Source of the DNA: Pseudodesulfovibrio mercurii
GTDB taxonomy: Bacteria > Desulfobacterota > Desulfovibrionia > Desulfovibrionales > Desulfovibrionaceae
Length of the DNA: 32,000 nt
Direction: 5' to 3'
Assembly (NCBI RefSeq): GCF_000189295.2
Contig: NC_016803.1
Coordinates: 1,440,001 to 1,472,000 of the forward strand
Shown here: positions 7,306 through 13,840 of the stretch, piece by piece
How positions within the stretch are numbered: the first letter of the stretch is position 1
How the letters are laid out: every line of letters starts with the position of its first letter
The notes under the pieces: model-generated
What the model was told of the DNA's origin: nothing
Databases searched by the model: none
The model's input: only the letters and a program-made list of their open reading frames with translations
Program-made: the position numbers and the translations under genes

Positions 7306-8244
7306 CTACCGGTCCAACTCGAGTTTCTCGGCCAGTTCCCTGACCGGATCGTAGTCGGCGTCCTCCGCCGGGATGATCCCCTGCATGCCCGCGACGCTCA
7401 GGATGGCCTGGTGTTCCGGGGTCTTCGTGTCCAGGGCGAACATGGCCTTGGCCACGGCGTCCACGATGGCCGGATCGAGGCCCTTGCGGGCCGCGTAGAC
7501 CCAGCCGGGATAGGAGCGGGTCTCGGCCAGGATGCGGATGGAGCCGAGGTCGATCTTGTTCCTGACCACGTCCAGGGTGCCCTTGCGGATGGTCCCGATG
7601 TCGTACACGCCCGCGTGCACGGCCAGGACGACCTTCTCCTGCTTGCCGCCCGGGCCGGGCGCGAAGTCCACGGTCTCGAAGTCGTGCAGATGGATATGGT
7701 GGTCGATGAACAACCCCAGGGGGAAGAGATAGCCGCCCGCGGAGTTCGGGTCCACGGCGATCCAGCGCTTGCCCCGGCAGTCGGCGATGGAGTTGATGGC
7801 CGCGTTGTCCGTGCGGGCGATGATCTGCCCCCGGAAGTTCGGCTCGCCCGAGGGCTCGATGACCCGGGCAAAGGCCTGGGCCCCGGCCTTGGCCAGACGC
7901 ACGTAGACGAACGGGTTGGAATAGGAGATGTCGATCTCCCCGCGCTCGACCATCTTGACGTGCTCCTCGAAGGTGTCGGGGAATATCTGCCTCAGGGGCA
8001 GGCCGGTGGTCTTGCGCAGGTATTCGAGCAGCTGCCGGTGGCGCTGGTAGGAGATGGTGTGGGAATACTGCGGCAGGTAGGCGTAGGTGATGGCGTCCAC
8101 CATGCGCGGGGCCACCAGGTCCTCGCGCTTGGACAGGTCCACCTTGACCGGCTTCTCGTCCGAGCAGCCGGAGGCCAGGACCAGCGGAAGAAGGAGCGCG
8201 AGCAGGACGGCCCAGGTGGTCATTCGGGTTTTTTTCATGGTCAT
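7306..8244 (-). CDS. PhnD-like (phosphate/phosphonate-type) periplasmic substrate-binding lipoprotein, likely sensor partner of the downstream kinase
   Basis: Signal peptide with lipobox LVLASGC. GEIDISYSNPFVYV, FRGQIIARTDNAAINSIADCRGKRWIAVDPNSAGGYLFP match the PhnD-like SBP pattern. Its stop lies 6 nt from the kinase start. Confidence 0.8.
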   Translation of the reverse strand: MTMKKTRMTTWAVLLALLLPLVLASGCSDEKPVKVDLSKREDLVAPRMVDAITYAYLPQYSHTISYQRHRQLLEYLRKTTGLPLRQIFPDTFEEHVKMVERGEIDISYSNPFVYVRLAKAGAQAFARVIEPSGEPNFRGQIIARTDNAAINSIADCRGKRWIAVDPNSAGGYLFPLGLFIDHHIHLHDFETVDFAPGPGGKQEKVVLAVHAGVYDIGTIRKGTLDVVRNKIDLGSIRILAETRSYPGWVYAARKGLDPAIVDAVAKAMFALDTKTPEHQAILSVAGMQGIIPAEDADYDPVRELAEKLELDR

Positions 8245-8415
8245 CGTCGTCGGGTCGGTTGTCTGGGCGCCCGGGGCGCCGCGTTACGGACGTTCCCTGA
8301 AACAGTACAAAAATTCCGGCCGCATTCCAACAGTTCTTATCCCTTGGCAACATCTCTTCAAGACAGTATGTACAGTGCCGAACCACCCTGACGCCTCAAA
8401 CCAAGGAGACACCCC

Positions 8416-8928
8416 ATGGCATCCATATACACCATCCCCATGAGCCGGGCCGTGCTGGCCGCCTTTCTCGCGGTCATGGCCAGCGTGGCGGCCGTGGTGG
8501 CCTGGAGCTTCAATTCCGGCCTGACCTGGACGGCCATCTGCCTGATCGCCGTGGCCGGGCCGCTGGGCCTGTTCTACTGGTACATGCTCTACATCACGCC
8601 CAGGCGGGCCTCGGTGACCGTGTCCGACGAGGGCATCCTCCTGGCCGCGCCGCCGTTCGCCTCGGCGGTCATCCCCTGGGCCTCGGTGGAGAAGGTCTTC
8701 CCCGCCGATCTCAAGCGCGACGAATCCTTCCAGATCACCAAGACCCGCAAGTACATGTCCTTCGGCGGCTACAAGTCCGGCGTGGTCGAGGTCAAGGACG
8801 GCCGCGAGGCGGTCATCGTGGCCAACCGCAACGACGTGCTCTGCATCCGGACCGGGGAGCGGTTCTACCTCATCGGACCGGCCGACCTGTCCGGCTTCAC
8901 GGCGGCCGTGGAAAAGGTCGCCCCCTAG
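8416..8928 (+). CDS. Small membrane protein (two N-terminal TM helices plus a PH-like soluble domain), function unknown
   Basis: SD AAGGAG lies 7 nt upstream of the ATG. Two hydrophobic helices (AVLAAFLAVMASVAAVVAW, AICLIAVAGPLGLFYWYML) are followed by a roughly 100-aa beta-rich domain. Confidence 0.6.
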   Translation: MASIYTIPMSRAVLAAFLAVMASVAAVVAWSFNSGLTWTAICLIAVAGPLGLFYWYMLYITPRRASVTVSDEGILLAAPPFASAVIPWASVEKVFPADLKRDESFQITKTRKYMSFGGYKSGVVEVKDGREAVIVANRNDVLCIRTGERFYLIGPADLSGFTAAVEKVAP

Positions 8929-8955
8929 ACCGCCCGGCCTGTCATATCAAAGAAC

Positions 8956-8980
8956 AAAGCCGCCCCGAGGGGCGGCTTTT
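8956..8980. terminator. Bidirectional intrinsic terminator between convergent genes
   Basis: AAAGCCGCCCC-GA-GGGGCGGCTTTT: a perfect GC stem flanked by an A-run and a T-run. Confidence 0.75.
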
Positions 8981-8995
8981 CCATTTTCGAAATCG

Positions 8996-9655
8996 CTAGG
9001 ACCCTTCGGGGACCGGCTTGCTCTCGACGAGCGCCGGCTTGTCCTTGCCGTGCCTCTTCCGGGACTGGGCGTAGCGCAGCTTGTCCTCCTCGCTGAGCAG
9101 ATCCGTGAAGGTCAGCATCTCGTCCCCGGCCTCGTTCTCCTTGACCCGCTGCTTGATGGTCCTGAAGACCGGCAGCCAGGGCTTGGAAAGGCTGAAGAGG
9201 TAGCGGACCAGGATGTAGGCCGGAATGAAGATGAAGGCCGGGCCCACCGACCCCATGAAGGGCACGGTGAAGTCCACCTCTGCGAAGCGGTAGAAGAGCC
9301 AGCCGATGGCGAAGGGAACCACCCACAGGGACGAGGCGAACAGGGCCATGCGGGCGAAGAAATTCTTGCCGAAGGCGTCGTTGGCCAGCGAGTTGCAGGC
9401 CTTCCAGGAGGTCTTGTCCTTGGCGCCCAGGGCGTGGACCGACATGTTGTGCTGGTCGATCATCTCGCGGTTCATGGTCGCGAAATGACGCTTGTTCAGG
9501 AAATAGACCCCGGCCATGCACAACTCGCCGATGACCGTGGCCGCCAGGCAGACCCAGAACAGCCCCACCGCAAACCCCACGTAGGGGTTGTCGCTGGTGC
9601 GGAAGGCCCAGATGAGCCAGGGATCGAGGAACTGATAGACGGTGGTACCGGTCAT
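8996..9655 (-). CDS. Integral membrane protein of unknown function, downstream of the TauE/SafE gene
   Basis: 219 aa with several hydrophobic helices (VGFAVGLFWVCLAATVIGELCMAGVYF, LFASSLWVVPFAIGWLFY, GPAFIFIPAYILVRYLF) and a charged C-terminal tail. Same strand as TauE, 66 nt downstream of it. Confidence 0.6.
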   Translation of the reverse strand: MTGTTVYQFLDPWLIWAFRTSDNPYVGFAVGLFWVCLAATVIGELCMAGVYFLNKRHFATMNREMIDQHNMSVHALGAKDKTSWKACNSLANDAFGKNFFARMALFASSLWVVPFAIGWLFYRFAEVDFTVPFMGSVGPAFIFIPAYILVRYLFSLSKPWLPVFRTIKQRVKENEAGDEMLTFTDLLSEEDKLRYAQSRKRHGKDKPALVESKPVPEGS

Positions 9656-9673
9656 GGAAAATCCGTTGGTTGT

Positions 9674-9699
9674 GGCGGCCGCCCTCGGGGGCGGCCGCC
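9674..9699 (-). terminator. Intercistronic 11-bp GC hairpin (partial terminator or mRNA-stability element)
   Basis: GGCGGCCGCCC-TCGG-GGGCGGCCGCC is a perfect stem. On the minus strand it has no immediate U-tract, so it is not a canonical terminator. Confidence 0.35.
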
Positions 9700-9721
9700 G
9701 TTGTTTCGTCTTTGTGCGCCG

Positions 9722-10843
9722 TTAGATGGGCAGGGCGATCCCGAAGAAGCCCTTCAGGGTGTACTTCAGACCAACGTACACGGCCAGCACGATGAAGATG
9801 CGCTTCAGCCAGATATCCGGGATGTACTTGGAGGTCTTGGGGCCGATGATGGAGCCGATGACGATGCCGACGAGCTCGGCGCCGATCAGGGACCACTCGA
9901 CCGGAGTGGAGCGCAGGATCATGTAGGAGGCGATGGAGTTGACCATGCCGACGAAGACGGCCATGGCCGAGGTTCCGGCCACCAGGTACATGGGCAGGCC
10001 CGCCACGGAGGTCAGGAACGGCACCAGCAGGAAGCCGCCGCCGACGCCCAGGAAGGAGGCCAGGGCGGAGATGAAGAAGCCGCCGATGACCGGGATCAGG
10101 GGGTTGAAGGAGAACTCGACGCCGAAGAAGGTGAATTCGCAGGAGGTCGGGGTGAACTTCTGGACCTTCACGCCCATCTCGGCCATGTCGACGGTACCGC
10201 CGGCCTGCTGTTCCTTGACGGACTTCTGGAAGGCCTCGGCGGCCTTCTTGGCGGACTTTTTCTTCGCCTGGCCGGCCGGGGTGGTTTCATAGAAGAGGTA
10301 GCAGCCCAGGAAGAGGACGAACAGACCGAAGTAGCCGATGTAGGCCTTCAGGCTGATTTTGCCGGCGGTCAGCCAGGGCACCAGCCAGGAGCCGGACACG
10401 GAGCCGATGGCCAGGGCGATGCCCAGCGGCAGCACCAGACGGCCGGCCTTCCAGTAGTTGAAGGAGGACAGGGCCGCGGAGCAGCCGACCAGCCACTGGT
10501 TGGACACGCGGATGGAGTCGGTGACGACCTTGTTCAGCTTGGCGCCCTTGCCGAAGGAGCTGGCGTAGTCGCCCAGACCGTAGATGGTGATGTGACCGAC
10601 ACCGGCCATGATGCCGCCGAACGCGCCGACGGTGGAGAAGATCCAGCCTACCCAGATCGCCCACAGGAGACCGATGATGATGTTCAGCTGCGGACCGCCG
10701 GGAATGCCCAGATAGCCGGGCTCGCCGGTGGGTTTGGCTTCGGCGATGGCGTCGGCCAGACGGCTGGCCAGAGCGGGCTCGGCCATGAGGCAGACAGCCG
10801 CAACCAGGGCCAGCATCAGGAGAGTTTTCTTGGAACGTAACAC
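9722..10843 (-). CDS. TauE/SafE-family anion (sulfite/sulfonate-type) exporter
   Basis: Polytopic membrane protein with the two-repeat TauE/SafE pattern (GGIMAGVGHITIYGL... and GGGFLLVPFLTSVAGLP). I place the start at GTG 10843, preceded by GGAGGAGG with about 5 nt of spacing. The track's ATG at 10879 lies inside the IS element. Confidence 0.8.
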   Translation of the reverse strand: MLRSKKTLLMLALVAAVCLMAEPALASRLADAIAEAKPTGEPGYLGIPGGPQLNIIIGLLWAIWVGWIFSTVGAFGGIMAGVGHITIYGLGDYASSFGKGAKLNKVVTDSIRVSNQWLVGCSAALSSFNYWKAGRLVLPLGIALAIGSVSGSWLVPWLTAGKISLKAYIGYFGLFVLFLGCYLFYETTPAGQAKKKSAKKAAEAFQKSVKEQQAGGTVDMAEMGVKVQKFTPTSCEFTFFGVEFSFNPLIPVIGGFFISALASFLGVGGGFLLVPFLTSVAGLPMYLVAGTSAMAVFVGMVNSIASYMILRSTPVEWSLIGAELVGIVIGSIIGPKTSKYIPDIWLKRIFIVLAVYVGLKYTLKGFFGIALPI

Positions 10844-10865
10844 AGTTACCTCCTCCTCGGGAATA

Positions 10866-10873
10866 AAGTTAAA
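10866..10873. repeat. Left copy of the 8-bp target-site duplication AAGTTAAA
   Basis: Identical octamer at 13055-13062, directly abutting the IS terminal inverted repeats. Confidence 0.75.
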
Positions 10874-10951
10874 CGGCATTTTAAAAAATAATGTTGCTTT
10901 TGCCGAAAAAAGTCTAACTATTTAGTATGGACTAAAAGGAGGCAAAGCGCA

Positions 10952-11998
10952 ATGTCTATTCAGGCCGTTATCAACCAGTTCAGATCGTTGAATAAAGACC
11001 AGCAGGAAGCCTGCGCCCGCCGCATCGAAGCCTATCTCCACGAGCACATCGAGGGGTTGAAGGGGTTCAGGGATACCATCGTCGAGGCGCGTTTCGCTGA
11101 TGGCAGGCACTGCCCCAGGTGCGGAAGCGTCGATGTGAAGCGTTGGGGCGCGTACAGCGACAAGAACGCCTACATGGCCCGCCAGCGGTACATGTGCAAG
11201 GATTGCGGACGCACCTTTACCGAACTGACGGGGACGCCGATGGCGGGGACCCACAAGCCCGAGCTGTGGTCCCGCTACATCCGATGCATGATCGAGGGGT
11301 TGAGCCTTCCCCGGACCGCCAAGCGGCTCGAGATTTCCATCCCCACGGCCTTCTATTGGCGGCACAAGATCCTGTGTGGCCTGAAGGCGTTGCATGCCCG
11401 GGATATCCTGTCCGGCATCGTCGAGATGGACGAAACCTTTTTCGTCGAATCCAACAAGGGAAGCCGCAACCTGAAGCACCGTCCTCCGAGGAAGCACCGG
11501 GGCGTCGCACGGAAACGCGGTATCTCGAACGAACAAGTGGCCGTGTTGGTGGGGCTCAGCCGCGATGGTGACGTGTTAAGCCATGCCGCTGGCCGGGGGC
11601 GCTTGTCGGCCGATCAGGTCGCGCGGGCCATCGGCGGCAACATCATGCCGGACAGCACGCTTGTCACGGACTCCATGTCCGGCTTCGCCACCTACGCCAA
11701 GCGCGAGGGCATCCGGCATGTCCGCTTGAACAGCCGTCAGGGCGTGTACACCCAGGGTGTCCACCACATCCAGCACGTCAACAACTACCACGCGGGTCTC
11801 AAGGAATGGATGCGCCGGTTCTGCGGCGTGGCCTCGAAGTTCCTCGACCACTACATGGCGTGGTTCAACCTGTTGCGGATCGTGACCAAGCTGGAATCCA
11901 AGAGCAGGCTGGAGGAATTCTACCGTCAGGCTTGCCGCAAGACCGCCTATGCGCCCGTCAGGGACTTCCGGGCATTCAAGGTCGGCCAGGAGCCGTAA
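10952..11998 (+). CDS. IS1595-family (ISXO2-like DDE) transposase with an N-terminal zinc ribbon
   Basis: CPRCGS...CKDCGRTF zinc ribbon, then IVEMDETFF (first catalytic D), LVTDSMSGF, and HIQHVNNYHAGLKEWMRRF..VASKFLDHYMAWF, typical of ISXO2-like transposases. AGGAGG lies upstream. Confidence 0.9.
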   Translation: MSIQAVINQFRSLNKDQQEACARRIEAYLHEHIEGLKGFRDTIVEARFADGRHCPRCGSVDVKRWGAYSDKNAYMARQRYMCKDCGRTFTELTGTPMAGTHKPELWSRYIRCMIEGLSLPRTAKRLEISIPTAFYWRHKILCGLKALHARDILSGIVEMDETFFVESNKGSRNLKHRPPRKHRGVARKRGISNEQVAVLVGLSRDGDVLSHAAGRGRLSADQVARAIGGNIMPDSTLVTDSMSGFATYAKREGIRHVRLNSRQGVYTQGVHHIQHVNNYHAGLKEWMRRFCGVASKFLDHYMAWFNLLRIVTKLESKSRLEEFYRQACRKTAYAPVRDFRAFKVGQEP

Positions 11999-12075
11999 CC
12001 GGCCAAAATGTTTCGCTCCGGGGTGGACCGCCATGCGCCATTGTCGTATGAGGTGAAAACTCATCAGGAGCGGAT

Positions 12076-13020
12076 ATGAAGGTCGAAATAGGCGAATCGC
12101 TGGTAAGGACGTGGGTACGCCATTGCAGGGGGTGCCAACTGGCCGAACTGAACTGGAAGCCGTCCCCCATATGGCCTGGGGAGATCACTGCCGAACACGA
12201 ACAGTGGTACAGGGAAGGCGCCGCCGAGTTCTCGGGAAAAGTCTTGAAAAAGACATCCAGCCTTTCCCAGTTCCTCGGCCAGGCCGAAATCGACGTACTC
12301 GGCGTGCAGTTCGTGCAAGGGATGGCAAGGAAAGTCATCGCCGCCGACATTGCCTTTCACACGAACGGGCTGCAATACGGCCCTAAAGCCGAGACCGCCG
12401 CCCGGATCGTCAAGAAGCTGTTTCGGACGGCTCTGACCATCGACATCCATTTCCCCGGCGTGCCCGCCGAGATCCTTTTCCTGTCCCCAAAGGTCAACAA
12501 CGCTACTATCCAGGGCGTGAAGGAAGCTGCCCGGATGATGGAATCCTTCTTCCGTGGACGCCGGGACGGCTTCCGGTTCCAGACCATTATCAACCAAGGC
12601 TTCAAAAACATCGTACTCGACGATGTGACCCCGCTCCAAAAGCAGGTGGCCGACACAAGCGAACTATATCTGCGAGCGGCCCAGCTCGTGGGGCTGTTTG
12701 AAGACCGTGTTCCGCGTCCCGCAAAGGCCACTGCCGCTCCAGCGCAATCTGCCCCACGCAAAACCGGGCAGACCCTACCCATCGAATATGTGCCGGGCGA
12801 CACCAAGGAATTCAAGCGCCTTCTTCTCAAGCAGGGTGCCGTCATCCAAGAACATTATGCCGACGGCAGAACCAAGGAAAGACAGTGGGATGCAAGCGGA
12901 ATGCGTGAGACATCCAGTGTCAGCGGAAACTTGCGTTCGAAGAGCTGGTACAAGGGCGGGGCTTGGCTGACCAGCGGTATCAGCAAGATCGTCGTGAAAA
13001 TCATTGGCTACGACACCTAA
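12076..13020 (+). CDS. IS passenger ORF, 314 aa, unknown function
   Basis: AGGAG lies 6 nt upstream of the ATG. The ORF is long and open in a lower-GC context, with balanced amino-acid composition unlike the GC-driven artefact ORFs. It lies inside the IS inverted repeats. Confidence 0.65.
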   Translation: MKVEIGESLVRTWVRHCRGCQLAELNWKPSPIWPGEITAEHEQWYREGAAEFSGKVLKKTSSLSQFLGQAEIDVLGVQFVQGMARKVIAADIAFHTNGLQYGPKAETAARIVKKLFRTALTIDIHFPGVPAEILFLSPKVNNATIQGVKEAARMMESFFRGRRDGFRFQTIINQGFKNIVLDDVTPLQKQVADTSELYLRAAQLVGLFEDRVPRPAKATAAPAQSAPRKTGQTLPIEYVPGDTKEFKRLLLKQGAVIQEHYADGRTKERQWDASGMRETSSVSGNLRSKSWYKGGAWLTSGISKIVVKIIGYDT

Positions 13021-13054
13021 TCGCTGAAAAACAACAGAATGTTTTAAAATCCCG

Positions 13055-13062
13055 AAGTTAAA
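13055..13062. repeat. Right copy of the 8-bp target-site duplication AAGTTAAA
   Basis: Identical to 10866-10873. Confidence 0.75.
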
Positions 13063-13117
13063 AGGACCCCAAAATGTCGCCCCGCGTCCCCCAAGGCCGC
13101 GGAGTTGATACCAGAGA

Positions 13118-13567
13118 CTATTCCGGCCGCACGAAGGTCAGGGCGTTCGCCGTGCAGCCGACAACGCAGGCAGGGGTGCCGCCGGCATCGACCCTGTCCA
13201 CGCAGAAATCACACTTCATGATCTTGCCGGTGGCGTCGTTGAACACCGGCACGGTCCACGGACAGGCCTCGATGCAGGCCTTGCAGCCGTCGCACTTGGC
13301 CATGTCCACCAGAACCAGTCCGTCCTCGCGCTTGTACATGGCCCCGGTGGGACATGCGGCCACGCACTCGGGCTTCTTGCAGTGCCGACAGTTGGTGTAC
13401 TTCAGCGTTGCCGAAGGCTTGCCGTCCTTGTCGGCGATGGGCCCCTCCGCATCGAGGCGGTTGAGGGAAAGCCCGGCGGGCACCTTGTTCTTCACCTTGC
13501 AGTGAACCAGGCACGCATTGCACGCAATGCACCGCTTCTTGTCGAATTTAATCCTGTAACCAGCCAT
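13118..13567 (-). CDS. 4x[4Fe-4S] ferredoxin-type electron-transfer subunit (DmsB/PsrB/PhsB-like), no signal peptide
   Basis: Four cluster motifs: CIACNACLVHC, CRHCKKPECVAACP, CDGCKACIEACP and CDFCVDRVDAGGTPACVVGC. Confidence 0.85.
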   Translation of the reverse strand: MAGYRIKFDKKRCIACNACLVHCKVKNKVPAGLSLNRLDAEGPIADKDGKPSATLKYTNCRHCKKPECVAACPTGAMYKREDGLVLVDMAKCDGCKACIEACPWTVPVFNDATGKIMKCDFCVDRVDAGGTPACVVGCTANALTFVRPE

Positions 13568-13661
13568 TGTTCCACCTCTGAAGACTTGGATTTGGGCGCG
13601 CAGTCTTGTTTGTAGTCCACGAATTGAAGAAAAATCCTGTGTTGGTCAACAGCCACCCCGC

Positions 13662-13679
13662 TTGTGAGATATTTCTCAA
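13662..13679. promoter_or_regulatory. Candidate CRP/FNR-family operator in the divergent FeS / Mo-enzyme intergenic region
   Basis: TTGTGA-GATATT-TCTCAA matches TTGTGA-N6-TCACAA at 11 of 12 positions. Confidence 0.3.
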
Positions 13680-13840
13680 CCAAAAGCGATCATAACCCGA
13701 TTTTTTTTCCGGTGGAAAGAAAAATCATGTTATAGATTTCACATGCCGGGTATATATTGCCCGGGGTTGACCGCCATGCCTATGGTCCAACCTAATTCAA
13801 ATAGCGCGCAGAATCATCACTGTCTGTACAGGAGGAGTGT

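Larger units (their letters stand above)
10874..13054 (+). mobile_element. IS1595-family insertion sequence (2,181 bp) carrying a transposase and one passenger ORF
   Basis: Terminal inverted repeats: left CGGCATTTTAAAAAATAATGTTGCTTTT versus the reverse complement of the right end CGGGATTTTAAAACATTCTGTTGTTTTT (23/28 matching). Flanked by an 8-bp direct repeat, AAGTTAAA. The interior is visibly more A/T-rich than the flanks. Confidence 0.8.

Noticed and set aside
8344-8360. Sigma-54-like TTGGCAACATCTCTTCA upstream of the 8416 gene
   Set aside because: A GG is present, but the -12 position reads TTCA instead of TTGC, so there is no GC dinucleotide at the required 10-nt spacing.
5291-8386. 1,031-aa minus-strand ORF spanning the kinase and SBP genes
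   Set aside because: It is an alternate frame of two genes with clear domain signatures. The translation is Arg/Gly/Pro/His-rich low complexity with no motifs, typical of GC-rich off-frame artefacts.
10844-10879. ORF-track ATG start (10879) for the TauE/SafE gene
   Set aside because: That ATG lies inside the left inverted repeat of the IS element. A GTG at 10843 with a GGAGGAGG SD gives a normal signal-like N terminus (LRSKKTLLMLALVAAV...).
13747-13765. CCGGGTATATATTGCCCGG as a sigma-54 promoter or operator
   Set aside because: The GG/GC spacing does not fit -24/-12. It is only a 5-bp-arm palindrome around an A/T core, which is too weak to call.
13568-13840. Possible molybdenum-cofactor riboswitch upstream of the Mo enzyme
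   Set aside because: I looked for the conserved Moco-motif stems and loops and could not recognise them by eye. A covariance-model scan (Rfam Moco_RNA_motif) would be needed to exclude it formally.
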